Of a stretch of DNA of 64,000 bases, positions 8,435 to 18,074 are shown piece by piece. The notes under the pieces were generated by a model that ran no database searches, had not been told where the DNA came from, and saw only the letters and a program-made list of their open reading frames with translations. A program made the position numbers and the translations under genes. Where the stretch lies: positions 1 through 64,000 of the IMG/VR virus record IMGVR_UViG_3300025000_000083. One strand, given 5' to 3'. Source of the stretch: a virus. Every line of letters starts with the position of its first letter. Position 1 is the stretch's first letter.

Positions 8435-8857
8435 ATGAACGTACAGCGAGACACCGAAATAAAGCCATTAAACCGGATGAAGATCATCTTTAATAATGAT
8501 GAGGCTATTCTGGACTTCCTGGCAGAACTTAAATGCCGTGATGTGGTCAGGGTATTGGATGCGCTCATACGTGACGCCAGTAACTCCGGTATGCTTCTGT
8601 ATAATGCCCATGAGGATAGTCTAATTGTCCTCATCCTCTACCGTGACCCCTTTGGCTTCAATGAACCGGGCAATACTCTGGTCATGTACGCAAACAGATC
8701 ACTTCAGGAGATGGCTAGGTATTTCAGGAACATGCTGGATCGTACATCCCCTGAGATTGGAGATATTTATAATGCTATTGATGACATCACCCGCCTTCTT
8801 TATTGGAGATGGTGTGAGTCTCAGGATAATGAGGCTCAGGTAAACTATCTGGGCTGA
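8435..8857 (+). CDS. Hypothetical protein
   Basis: ORF with TATCTTTG (8423-8430) immediately before the ATG; possibly leaderless. Confidence 0.55.
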   Translation: MNVQRDTEIKPLNRMKIIFNNDEAILDFLAELKCRDVVRVLDALIRDASNSGMLLYNAHEDSLIVLILYRDPFGFNEPGNTLVMYANRSLQEMARYFRNMLDRTSPEIGDIYNAIDDITRLLYWRWCESQDNEAQVNYLG

Positions 8858-8864
8858 TAGGGTT

Positions 8865-8902
8865 GAGCTCCGGTTTGTGTGTTCCGGGGCTCTCCTTTTT
8901 TT
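8865..8902 (+). terminator. Intrinsic terminator
   Basis: GAGCTCCGG/CCGGGGCTC stem plus T-run. Confidence 0.7.
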
Positions 8903-8932
8903 GAACTAAACACTGTAACCAAATTAAGAACA

Positions 8933-9355
8933 ATGAGATTTATGACAATAACTTTAATAATCAGCTTGTTTTGTGCCCTTCTGACGGCTCCTCCATCTCC
9001 GGCTATGGTGATGTTCGCACCACCGGAGATAAAGCCTTATGAGGCACTATGGAACGCTACATGTGCTGTGGAAAGCAACTTTAATCCCTATGCAATTGGG
9101 GATAAGCACATGAAAAGATGGTCATACGGCATTGTGCAAATCCGCAAGTCCCGATTGGATGACTATTACAGGCAGACAGGGATCAGGTACACTGTTACTG
9201 ATATGTTTGACACTGATAAATCAAAAGAGGTGTTTATGTACTACTGCACCGGAACTGATTTAGAGCGCATCAGCAGGGAATGGAACGGTGGCAATAGAGG
9301 CATGCAGAAGAAATCAACTAAAAATTACTGGAAACAAATACAAAAACGCTTATGA
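8933..9355 (+). CDS. Lytic transglycosylase (SLT/lysozyme-like) with N-terminal signal
   Basis: AVESNFNPYAIG, YGIVQI, WNGG; hydrophobic N-terminus. Confidence 0.8.
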   Translation: MRFMTITLIISLFCALLTAPPSPAMVMFAPPEIKPYEALWNATCAVESNFNPYAIGDKHMKRWSYGIVQIRKSRLDDYYRQTGIRYTVTDMFDTDKSKEVFMYYCTGTDLERISREWNGGNRGMQKKSTKNYWKQIQKRL

Positions 9356-9492
9356 AAAAACACACTGAACCTATTCAAGACCCTGATCCAGCCGATGGCT
9401 TAAAAGCCGTGGGATGTCTATTTGCAGGAGTAATCATCCTGTTGATACTATTTGGTATTTTAAGTTTCTTAATCAATCACTTCAGACCATGA
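9352..9492 (+). CDS. Small membrane peptide
   Basis: ...GCLFAGVIILLILFGILSFLI...; ATGA overlaps on both sides. Confidence 0.5.
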   Translation: MKKHTEPIQDPDPADGLKAVGCLFAGVIILLILFGILSFLINHFRP

Positions 9493-9656
9493 GAAGAATC
9501 CTTCTGATCATTCTATTCAGCATCTTTACTGTAATTAACATCTACCTCACTGCAACATCAGAAATAGTTGCGATGGCCTTTGTATATGTCATGGCTACCC
9601 TCGCCAGTGGCTTCCTCTGTACATACTTTGCACTTAATAAAAACGAATGGCAATGA
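9489..9656 (+). CDS. Small protein with two TM segments
   Basis: MRRILLIILFSIF...; two hydrophobic segments. Confidence 0.5.
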   Translation: MRRILLIILFSIFTVINIYLTATSEIVAMAFVYVMATLASGFLCTYFALNKNEWQ

Positions 9657-9904
9657 GTCACTACACACCACGTCAAAAAAGGATTATTCCCTCATCAAAG
9701 GCTACTAAGCTGGTAAGGATTGACTTCAGAACTCAGGTAGAGGTGTCTGTGAACATCCCGGATGAACAGGCAAGGGAAAGGTACTATGCACGTCATAACA
9801 TCATCCCTGTGCCGGAGAACCTTGATCTGTACCCACTGACTATTGCTGACTGCTTCAAAGAGATACCATCCGGGAGTCTGGAACTCTTCCTGAGTGTAGA
9901 ATGA
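9647..9904 (+). CDS. Hypothetical protein
   Basis: KLVRIDFRTQVEV...ARERY; last gene of the plus-strand island. Confidence 0.55.
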   Translation: MAMSHYTPRQKRIIPSSKATKLVRIDFRTQVEVSVNIPDEQARERYYARHNIIPVPENLDLYPLTIADCFKEIPSGSLELFLSVE

Positions 9905-10174
9905 TGGGTGATCTTCAATATCTGAATATAGATGTGTATGTGCCTCCGGAGGAAATTCACCAGGAATGCCCGTTAGCTTTGAATAATCAACGGTATTGAT
10001 AAGATTGATATTTCCGACTTGTCCTGTGAGTATAGTGCCTGAAACGCTTCCTATGATGCCAAATTCGCTAAGTTTTGCTACAATGAATGAGTCGGTGGTT
10101 CCCGGGTAGAGTCTGACCAACTCCCCGTCTGTGACTTTTCTTCCGGTGCGATTCTGCAGTCTTACTTGTGGCAT
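9695..10174 (-). CDS. Tail-fibre-like fragment, convergently overlapping the previous gene
   Basis: L.GIP..FPPEAHTH..SDI fibre repeat; own TATATTTG promoter at about 10192-10199. Confidence 0.45.
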   Translation of the reverse strand: MPQVRLQNRTGRKVTDGELVRLYPGTTDSFIVAKLSEFGIIGSVSGTILTGQVGNINLINTVDYSKLTGIPGEFPPEAHTHLYSDIEDHPSFYTQEEFQTPGWYLFEAVSNSQWVQIKVLRHRDDVMTCIVPFPCLFIRDVHRHLYLSSEVNPYQLSSL

Positions 10175-10215
10175 GGAAGTAATTTATTATGCAAATATAA
10201 ACTAATTTCTGAAAT

Positions 10216-10250
10216 AAAAAGAGAGCCTGCCATTTCTGACAAACTCTCTG
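10216..10250 (-). terminator. Intrinsic terminator
   Basis: AGAGAGTTTGTCA/TGGCAGGCTCTCT stem plus T-run. Confidence 0.65.
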
Positions 10251-10272
10251 GACTTATGAAAACACTTCAACT

Positions 10273-10746
10273 CTACTTGAAGCCATCCCAAAATTCACGA
10301 TTCAACTTGCCAACTATTCTTTCCTGATCCTCCAAAGTGTATGTATAGTTCAAGGACATCCCACGTGTGCTCGGAAAATGTTTCTTGTAAAGCACCTTCA
10401 ATTCCTCTTCCAATTCCTTAACCGCATCCCATCTGGCTGTCTCTTTACCTCTGCTCTTTTCTTCTATCTCCAAGGAATAGTGGATTAAACTTTCAGGTGT
10501 GCATTGATCATAAAGTGCTCTCTCTGCAGGTGTCACGAGAATGATATTTGCATATAGGAATCGAAAGTACGGAGACTGCTTAACCGGAAGCACATGGAGA
10601 AAACAATTATTCCATAGCGGGGTGTTGACATAGCTACGCAACCACAAGCCTGTCACAAAGGATTTCTTCGGCATCCCATCCCAAAGAATCTTGAATATCA
10701 TCTGCATCGCCACTTCAGAGGCTCTTGGTGAAGCTATGTAGTTCAT
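10273..10746 (-). CDS. NinG/HNH-like fold protein, paralog of 13802-14329
   Basis: FLHVLP.K..PYFR....NIILV. Confidence 0.5.
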   Translation of the reverse strand: MNYIASPRASEVAMQMIFKILWDGMPKKSFVTGLWLRSYVNTPLWNNCFLHVLPVKQSPYFRFLYANIILVTPAERALYDQCTPESLIHYSLEIEEKSRGKETARWDAVKELEEELKVLYKKHFPSTRGMSLNYTYTLEDQERIVGKLNREFWDGFK

Positions 10747-10967
10747 TTGTCTTTGATTTCAGTTAACCCCTTCTGTCTGTCCCTTGCCCACTTAGCACCT
10801 TGTCTTCTGCAAGTTTGATCATGGGTCTCATGATGAAAATTAATTGGATATTGTTTCTCTATCTCCTCATCTGTCAGCTCTGATCTCTGGCTGGCATCCG
10901 ATTCAAGGATATATTTGCCTTTTACATCAATCTCCATTCCGTGTCTCGTCCAATTATACTTTTTCAT
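10743..10967 (-). CDS. Hypothetical protein
   Basis: LTDEEIE...GAKWARD motif. Confidence 0.55.
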   Translation of the reverse strand: MKKYNWTRHGMEIDVKGKYILESDASQRSELTDEEIEKQYPINFHHETHDQTCRRQGAKWARDRQKGLTEIKDK

Positions 10968-11401
10968 TTATTTAATTTTTCTTGTTTTAAAAAATTATCT
11001 CTTATCTCAACAGCATCTTCATACGTTTTTGCAGGAAAACTATATGTATTAGGTCTTCTGGTTATTGAAACACGATATGTAGAACAATTATTTCTTTTCT
11101 GGATACAAACACTATCACGATGTCTTCTATTTATCTGATTTTCGCTACGTGTAACGAATCTGCAATTATTAGGTTCATAATTTCCGTCATTATTTATCCT
11201 GTCTATTTGCAATGTCTCATTAAATCCATTATGATCAGCCCAGTCTTTAAATATCATAAAATCATTCCACTTATTACAAACTGAAATACCCCTACCTCCA
11301 TAATTTTTATACGATTTACAGATTGGTTTTTTACATCTATCCAGCATTCCTCTCCAAACATAATAAAGTTTGGTTTTTGATAATCCGTGTTTTCTTTTCA
11401 T
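10964..11401 (-). CDS. HNH-type homing endonuclease
   Basis: HGLSKTKLY.VW.GM..RC, YGGRGI.VC..W, IDRINNDGNYEP.NCR. Confidence 0.85.
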   Translation of the reverse strand: MKRKHGLSKTKLYYVWRGMLDRCKKPICKSYKNYGGRGISVCNKWNDFMIFKDWADHNGFNETLQIDRINNDGNYEPNNCRFVTRSENQINRRHRDSVCIQKRNNCSTYRVSITRRPNTYSFPAKTYEDAVEIRDNFLKQEKLNK

Positions 11402-11776
11402 AGTTGTAGGTTTAGTTGTTATTCAGTTTCATCATCAAAATCATCATCCACATCAGGATTAAGGAGATTAACTTTTTCTGTAAGTTCATTAATCTTATCA
11501 ATAAGTTGATTGATTACTCCGGCCAATTCATGAGCATCAGTATAATTTGCTGCATCATGTAATCTAAAATCTAATTTTTCAATCTTTTTCATATCTCTGT
11601 TTATTGGTTACTCTTATCCTCAAAATAGTCATCCTTTACGTACTTTCGTGGAATAGTAATTTTTTCATCTTCATCTATCCATCCGGTTCCATTACAGTAT
11701 TTACATGGTACAGGCACGGCGTAATATCCATTCCAATCAACATACAATCCACTTGATGAACAATGTTTGCAGTTTT

Positions 11777-12742
11777 TCATAGCTTACTCTTATCCTTCAA
11801 CTTTAATAGCTCTGATTCAAAATAAATCCAATTAAACCTTTCAAGTTTATTTCTTATTTCCATAATATTACAGTTATCTTGTTCTCCTCCAAAACCCCAA
11901 ACAATAAACAATCCTTTTCTTTTTGGGATTTTAAATACATTATGAACTTCTAATCTATGTCCTGCATTCAATCTTAACCAACATCCTTCTTTATTTGGAA
12001 AATTTGTGAACTTTTCAGTCTTTTTTTGCTTCTCTATAATGGCTTTGTCGGTCGGGCAGGTAGCATAGTGTAACATCATTTTATGACATTTCCTATACCA
12101 ATTAATTATTTCACCTTTTGACATTTTATCATATTCGGCATCAGAAAAATCAAATATAGGAATAGAATTTGCAAGTTTTTCCTCTGCGCTTGTCTGAGGC
12201 TCTTGGCTTATCGGAATTTTAACACCACTATTGCCGAAAAAGGGAGTATTGATATTAGGCTCTTGACTCGGTGGTTTACTTTTACCATTGACAATATCCA
12301 TTAACTGTTCGTGTGTAATTCTGCCTTGATATTCCATACAAACGGGATTATCACAATTACATCCCTCTCCATGACATCTATGTTCGAATGGTTTTCTAAC
12401 ATTACAACCATCGCAAATTACTATTTTCTCTCTCTGTCCGGTATCAGAGTAAAGTTCAGAGGCGATATCTTCTATTCTTGTATTATCAATATAACCATCC
12501 AAATAATCATGCAGAACTTCAATAACCTTTTCCCTGCTGAGTTCTGGCTGAGAAATAGGAAGTAAGTACCAGTCAACAGCATCCCTCCAGATTCTATAAC
12601 CTATTTTATCATCTTTTTCAAATGACCTGTCTCCTATGTATTTTCTATCTTTATCCATACAAAAATACATTCCATTTCCTTTCGGCAAATCCGCTTCACT
12701 GCGAATGTAAACCCGTTTGTAATATATTTCTTCGTCTTTCAT
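11777..12742 (-). CDS. Mosaic hypothetical protein
   Basis: 321-aa ORF with repeated SQEP linkers and a Cys/His cluster. Confidence 0.55.
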   Translation of the reverse strand: MKDEEIYYKRVYIRSEADLPKGNGMYFCMDKDRKYIGDRSFEKDDKIGYRIWRDAVDWYLLPISQPELSREKVIEVLHDYLDGYIDNTRIEDIASELYSDTGQREKIVICDGCNVRKPFEHRCHGEGCNCDNPVCMEYQGRITHEQLMDIVNGKSKPPSQEPNINTPFFGNSGVKIPISQEPQTSAEEKLANSIPIFDFSDAEYDKMSKGEIINWYRKCHKMMLHYATCPTDKAIIEKQKKTEKFTNFPNKEGCWLRLNAGHRLEVHNVFKIPKRKGLFIVWGFGGEQDNCNIMEIRNKLERFNWIYFESELLKLKDKSKL

Positions 12743-12746
12743 AGTC

Positions 12747-13151
12747 CTATTTGTTAGTGATTTTCATAAGTACCTCAAAATTTATAATGTCTAATATGCC
12801 TGTATTGTCAGGATGCGGATCATGTACGATTCCATTTTTCCAGACAACAGCATGATTAAATCTTTCTTCATTGCTTCTTGGACTTTTACCCACTGCAATA
12901 ACATAACCATCAATACTATAATCTAATAAATTATACTCTTTTGTTTCTGCAATGTTTATTGATCCCCACTCATAACCATATCCTTTAAGTACATTAAACA
13001 CTTTTGGGTAATATTGATCAAATGGCTCATTAACGTCCCATTCTGGAAAAACATCAATTTCTAATTCAAGTATTGAAGCCATACAAGCACGCCAACAATC
13101 TCCATTTTGTTTACCTTCAATATAAATGTACTTTTGATTTACTGCTTTCAT
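12747..13151 (-). CDS. Papain-like (C39-related) small protein
   Basis: GDCWRAC.ASIL ... HAVV ... HDPHP. Confidence 0.55.
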   Translation of the reverse strand: MKAVNQKYIYIEGKQNGDCWRACMASILELEIDVFPEWDVNEPFDQYYPKVFNVLKGYGYEWGSINIAETKEYNLLDYSIDGYVIAVGKSPRSNEERFNHAVVWKNGIVHDPHPDNTGILDIINFEVLMKITNK

Positions 13152-13179
13152 CTTATTTTATTTTATTGTCTCTGAGTGC

Positions 13180-13641
13180 CTATAAATTTCGTATCTGTGA
13201 ATAACTCATCTTTTTTACAAGCTTTGACTTCCAATTCCAATGATCAAAAAGCTCATCAATAGTAAATGCCCTAACACCTCCATCCTGATCAATATAAAAT
13301 TCAGTATATGAGTTATTATGATCATATCCTTTTTCAATCATCCATTCTTTAAAACCTTTGATATGAAGTTTTGATTCTATCATATCATTGATTGCTTTCT
13401 CAATTTCATCCGTCACAACCTTACTTCTCTTAACTAAGTCAAGATACCATTTTGCAATAGTTTCTTTATCATGTGTCATTAATGATTCTAAGTCTTCATC
13501 TTTACTGTCGGGAAGGGATTTCAATAGCTCATTACAAACCATCAAAGCACCCTGAGCTTCAATATAATGCTCATTTGGATAGTCCCATTCTGCAAGTTGC
13601 TTTTCTGCTCTTGCTTTAATTTCAAGGATTTTGGCTTTCAT
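13180..13641 (-). CDS. Hypothetical protein
   Basis: 153-aa ORF. Confidence 0.55.
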   Translation of the reverse strand: MKAKILEIKARAEKQLAEWDYPNEHYIEAQGALMVCNELLKSLPDSKDEDLESLMTHDKETIAKWYLDLVKRSKVVTDEIEKAINDMIESKLHIKGFKEWMIEKGYDHNNSYTEFYIDQDGGVRAFTIDELFDHWNWKSKLVKKMSYSQIRNL

Positions 13642-13801
13642 TTGGTTAAAAATTAAGGTTATCGTAATAAATATCCAACATTATATCATCGTGATACTTG
13701 AATGCCCTCCATGTCTGATAAATGATATATGGCATTATCAAAATACATCCGATGATTTTTAAGATAGTCAGTAGCTTTTCCATTGTTATGTTTTAATTGG
13801 T

Positions 13802-14329
13802 TCATGCAAGGTGATTCTCAATCTTAAACTTCCGGTATTGCTCCTTCATGTCAATGACAAGTGCGTCCCATGCGTCAAACTTCCATCCTGGATGCCTTTT
13901 TCTATCATCTGTGCTACCCTGATCCACAATTCTATGAAATGTAGGATGAACAATCATAATATTTACAGGATTAAGCCGGAAATACGTGTAGTTCTTTTTG
14001 TTCAAGATATGTGAAAATACATTCCAGAAATACGGTGTCCCCTTAAATCTGTCAAGTTTCTCTCCCGTAAACGGGCAAATGATACCCTTGCCTGACACAT
14101 AACGGTCATGCCACAAGTCCAGAAACATCTCCATCTGGTTTGTGTAGCCAAAACTCTTCTCTATCGGTATTTTCTCTGCTTCCATCTTCTTCTGTGGTGT
14201 GAATCGCTTCTCCTTGGACTCTTTTTGTTTTCTGAGATACTTTTCATCAGTCCTTTGTCTTTGGTGTGATTGACAAAAACCATGGCTGAACACCGGACGA
14301 AAACATCCTGATGCTCTACAAACCTTCAT
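13802..14329 (-). CDS. NinG/HNH-like nuclease-fold protein with N-terminal Zn finger
   Basis: C...GC...G.C..H; FSHIL.K..Y..FRL...NI......H. Confidence 0.55.
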   Translation of the reverse strand: MKVCRASGCFRPVFSHGFCQSHQRQRTDEKYLRKQKESKEKRFTPQKKMEAEKIPIEKSFGYTNQMEMFLDLWHDRYVSGKGIICPFTGEKLDRFKGTPYFWNVFSHILNKKNYTYFRLNPVNIMIVHPTFHRIVDQGSTDDRKRHPGWKFDAWDALVIDMKEQYRKFKIENHLA

Positions 14330-14660
14330 TTCTCAGGGTGTGTATTATTTCTGAGATAAAATTTCCTGCACCTATTCCAGTAAACGCCCCTATAACTGCA
14401 ATCATCCACGGTGGAGTGAAGTACATGATGTACCATACTTCAAGCAAAAATACAATCCATATTGATAAACAAAAGGAACATCTTAATAAGAATATCCACA
14501 CGGAGTCGGTTGTGTACTCAATGAGATGCTTATTATTCTGTATCTCCATCCATTTGCCCAACTTGCGAAATATCATGTTCTTGCGGGTAATTCTTGTCCA
14601 CAGTCCGGCAATGAAGCCACCTGCTATCCCCAAGAGTATCATAAACTGTAAATCTTTCAT
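14316..14660 (-). CDS. Membrane protein (DUF1360-like)
   Basis: TM segments with LL.C.FC.SIW. Confidence 0.5.
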   Translation of the reverse strand: MKDLQFMILLGIAGGFIAGLWTRITRKNMIFRKLGKWMEIQNNKHLIEYTTDSVWIFLLRCSFCLSIWIVFLLEVWYIMYFTPPWMIAVIGAFTGIGAGNFISEIIHTLRNEGL

Positions 14661-14775
14661 GTTTTTGTTTTTAAGGTTAAATTTATATTAAAAAAGAGGC
14701 ACTTTCCGTCTCGGCAGTAATCCTCTTTCTATCTTTTGTCCAGTAATGACAAGAAGTGTTACTGCAAATGTATGA

Positions 14776-15441
14776 TTATTTAATGTCATTGAGTTTGTAT
14801 TCTGTAAGATTATTTGCGATAATGTAATTATTCCGGGCAATTGCGGCTTCCTTAGGGGTCCTATGACACCCAAGATATATCTCTTTTTTATTCACACAAA
14901 TACCCGCTTGCCAATGATTTAGGGTATTAGGGGAGAAGCAAATTCCTGTATATCCTGACGTATTTGTTCTTCTCATCTTGGTATTAGTCCCCTGTATATG
15001 CCTTGTAGCATATCGTAAATTTCCCGGTTCATAATTACCTTCAGAGTCTATTCGGTCAATTGTGTAGCCTTCTTCACGATGATGAGGTAACTTATAGATA
15101 TATGATATAAACGCTTCCACGTCATTAAACCATTCATCACATAAGCGAATCCCCTTTCCTCCATAAAATTTATACTTTGGATTTTTTGGATTACATGTTC
15201 TTTCTTTTATATTCTGCCACACCTTAAAGTCTTTAAATTCACGCAATTCATGTATCCGATGAGAATCTCCTGCTCTTTTTCTCTGGTAGCAACCACAAGA
15301 CATTGTATTGCCTCTTTTTACATTTATTATACTTGCTTTAAAATGAGACTTGCAAAAAGGGCATTCAAAAATTGCGTTGTGTTGCGGTTGTTTACTTGTA
15401 GGTGTTGCATACTGATGTCCTAAATCTTCAATCATTTTCAT
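14776..15441 (-). CDS. HNH-AP2 homing endonuclease (alternative in-frame start at 15543)
   Basis: CPFC, SCGC, YGGKGI.LC..W, IDRID..GNYEPGNLR, NTSGY.G, AP2 tail. Confidence 0.88.
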   Translation of the reverse strand: MKMIEDLGHQYATPTSKQPQHNAIFECPFCKSHFKASIINVKRGNTMSCGCYQRKRAGDSHRIHELREFKDFKVWQNIKERTCNPKNPKYKFYGGKGIRLCDEWFNDVEAFISYIYKLPHHREEGYTIDRIDSEGNYEPGNLRYATRHIQGTNTKMRRTNTSGYTGICFSPNTLNHWQAGICVNKKEIYLGCHRTPKEAAIARNNYIIANNLTEYKLNDIK

Positions 15442-15571
15442 GGCAGTAAATATAAGGGCTCCGCAAGCAGAAGGACTATCAACAACACCCGAAGGAGTAA
15501 TTGCATCTGCTATTGGAGCCGTTAGTATTTCTTTTGATTGCATGATGTTGTTAATAGTCAATACAAAGATA
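15442..15571 (-). ncRNA. Promoter plus type-B structured leader
   Basis: TATCTTTG at 15564-15571; helices 15559-15544/15489-15474 and 15520-15506/15471-15457. Confidence 0.7.
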
Positions 15572-15575
15572 TAAA

Positions 15576-17204
15576 TTAATTTGTATTTAGCAAACTATTA
15601 ATTTCCGAAACCGTTGCATACTTACAAAACGTCTCTTTGTCTTTGTACTTTTCAAGCAACCCTAACTTCTCAGCTAAGATTAAATACCTTGGAGAAGTTA
15701 TCTGCGGGTCGATCCCGACCATTTTATTATATAACGTCTTTGTAAGAGCAAAGTCTCGTTCAGAATCTTTGTCATAATTAGGAACATCAAGTCTGTATTT
15801 ATTCCCCTCTTCTGTTTTCTTTTCTTTCATTGGTGCATTGAGAAAATCATCAGCCTCCTTGTCCACATCTTTTGGCTTCTGGTCAAAAGACTTGTTTATG
15901 GGTATTTCTCCCTGCGCTGGTGTCGTTCCTTCTTTATTTTCCTCCTTTGGCATGTTAGCAGCCACATATTCTGCAAGTTTATTCTCCTGGTGTGCAAAGA
16001 ATATCCCACGTAATTTCTTATTGGTGTTCTTGCCCCCGATGATTTCACAAGCCTCCATTGAATCCATATCATCCATGACCATCTTCTTCAATACCTCCGT
16101 ATCCATATCCTCCAATTGCTTCATAGTGTACTTGCCCTCTCTTTCTTCCGGTGCATCATTCTCAGGATGAACATCCCTGATCACTGGTTCTCCATCCTTT
16201 GCCACAACCACACCATCCATGTAAGCTACTGAACCTTTCTCTGCTTTGAAAGGGGATTCTTCTTTCGTCTCAGGTGAAACAATCACAGCATCCGTTACCT
16301 GTTGTCCTACAAACTTATCAGGATTGATTTTATTCACTGCACGTGCCGTTCTGTCTTCTGATTTGGCAGCATCCGTTTTATTGATAACAATTTGTTTCCC
16401 ATCTCCGGTGTTGATAACGTCCTTTTCTTCTGGCTTATGAGAATCCTCATTGTCCACGTAATCATAATCCTTTGCATCGACATCCCTTATCTCTGCCTGA
16501 TCATAGACAATGGCATTCATCATGTTGATGTCCACGGACAGGGGGGCATAGGTAGAGAGATTCAGCTTTAACACGGTCTTTTCACACATCTGCTCATAAC
16601 CTCCTTCTTCCTTGTCTGCCCATTTTCCCTTGCCTCTCTGGAAGGACTTACTGTACCTCTTGGCGTGGGTGTCAAGTTTCTCAATGGGCATGTAGTAATA
16701 CTTCTCAAAACCATTAATGAGCCTGAAATACGACACGTAACCAATGATGTTATCAGACTTCTTGCCTGTCTCGTCAAAGATATACTCTCCGGTGAATTTG
16801 TTATGGCTTTTCATTTCTCCCTCATACACCTCAGATACATTGATGATCTTAAACAGACCCGTTCTCTGAGCCAACTGAATGAAGCCTTTCTTCATCACTT
16901 GGAACTGTGCTTTCATTGACTGTGATGGTCCGTCAAAATAAGGCACGATGCCTGCAAATCCAAGTCCGGGGGTAAGGGGTAAATCCATACTTGCAGCCAT
17001 GAGTGCTGATGATATGACACTCATGTGGTCGCACTTCTGTAACTCTGCGCTTCCACTCATTATTGTTGTGATATTACTCACAAACATAGGGGCTTTCTTC
17101 CCCAATGCCTCCTCAAACTTCTTCTTGATAACATCTTGACTTAATAGGTTTCTGAACTTCTGTAATGAGGATCCTTCTGTTTTTGCTAATTCATTGTTTT
17201 CCAT
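15576..17204 (-). CDS. recT: RecT-family recombinase with long C-terminal extension
   Basis: L.KC...S..., LG.A.IVPY, AQFQ...KG.IQLA.R.G, VYEGE, IIGY, M..KTVLK. Confidence 0.9.
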   Translation of the reverse strand: MENNELAKTEGSSLQKFRNLLSQDVIKKKFEEALGKKAPMFVSNITTIMSGSAELQKCDHMSVISSALMAASMDLPLTPGLGFAGIVPYFDGPSQSMKAQFQVMKKGFIQLAQRTGLFKIINVSEVYEGEMKSHNKFTGEYIFDETGKKSDNIIGYVSYFRLINGFEKYYYMPIEKLDTHAKRYSKSFQRGKGKWADKEEGGYEQMCEKTVLKLNLSTYAPLSVDINMMNAIVYDQAEIRDVDAKDYDYVDNEDSHKPEEKDVINTGDGKQIVINKTDAAKSEDRTARAVNKINPDKFVGQQVTDAVIVSPETKEESPFKAEKGSVAYMDGVVVAKDGEPVIRDVHPENDAPEEREGKYTMKQLEDMDTEVLKKMVMDDMDSMEACEIIGGKNTNKKLRGIFFAHQENKLAEYVAANMPKEENKEGTTPAQGEIPINKSFDQKPKDVDKEADDFLNAPMKEKKTEEGNKYRLDVPNYDKDSERDFALTKTLYNKMVGIDPQITSPRYLILAEKLGLLEKYKDKETFCKYATVSEINSLLNTN

Positions 17205-17220
17205 GTCTGTAATTTTAAAT

Positions 17221-17496
17221 TTATGATTTACAATTTTTACTTTTCATCTCATCTGCTATTTGTTTTTGGGCTAATGACATCAGAAAGTCCTCACATGCCC
17301 TACTAAATTCTTTATACATTTTTGGACTCATATAAAGCTGAAACATCTTCGGAGGTTCTGGCTTATGACAAGCAAGATCAATAATGAAATCGGGAATTTC
17401 TTCATCATCATTATATAAACTTAATAAAAGAGAATGAGTAATATAGCCCTCTTCCATTTTCTCCTGCATATACTTGATAACCTCTGCCTTTTTCAT
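17221..17496 (-). CDS. Hypothetical protein
   Basis: ORF in operon. Confidence 0.55.
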   Translation of the reverse strand: MKKAEVIKYMQEKMEEGYITHSLLLSLYNDDEEIPDFIIDLACHKPEPPKMFQLYMSPKMYKEFSRACEDFLMSLAQKQIADEMKSKNCKS

Positions 17497-18074
17497 AACG
17501 AATAATTGTACTCTGCTTTACTACTTACCCATGACCTCTTTTGTGGCTCAATCCATTCAATGCCAATGAAGGCAAAGAAGTCCTCTTCCGTAATAAATGG
17601 AGGTGGCAATGTCGGGCAATTCTTATACTCAGGCTTGATGCGCCACGTGCTCCCCTTATGATCACACTCTCTTTTATACCTTAATCCGTCCATTGTGCCA
17701 CATAGACCCCTGCGATTCCATTGTACTGCCAACCCATGAGAAAAAACTGAGGATCCTGTCGAAATTGCAAGTATTCGTCCATAATCAGCAAGTGTAGTGA
17801 CGTGCAACTCTATCTGAATGCCCGATTCGGGGTATTTGAAGCGTTTTAAGCGAGTGCCGTTCGTCACAAGTCCTTTGAATCCTTCCGGGAACGCAATTCC
17901 CATGGAGAACTCGTCCTTGGGTACAATGACAAATTCTAAATCACCGACCATCTCACATTCCCGCCTAACTGAGCCAGCAATTGATATTTTTACACAAAAG
18001 GGAGAAATATATTTCTCAAACCTTTCTGCTATTTTTCTTGCTCGATCAAGAGACATTTTTAAATTTTTGCTCAT
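17493..18074 (-). CDS. polX: Minimal DNA polymerase X-like nucleotidyltransferase
   Basis: IAGSVRR...VGDLEFV, TGS..F, TEED.F..IG..WIEP..R; start revised to MSKNLK. Confidence 0.8.
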   Translation of the reverse strand: MSKNLKMSLDRARKIAERFEKYISPFCVKISIAGSVRRECEMVGDLEFVIVPKDEFSMGIAFPEGFKGLVTNGTRLKRFKYPESGIQIELHVTTLADYGRILAISTGSSVFSHGLAVQWNRRGLCGTMDGLRYKRECDHKGSTWRIKPEYKNCPTLPPPFITEEDFFAFIGIEWIEPQKRSWVSSKAEYNYSL

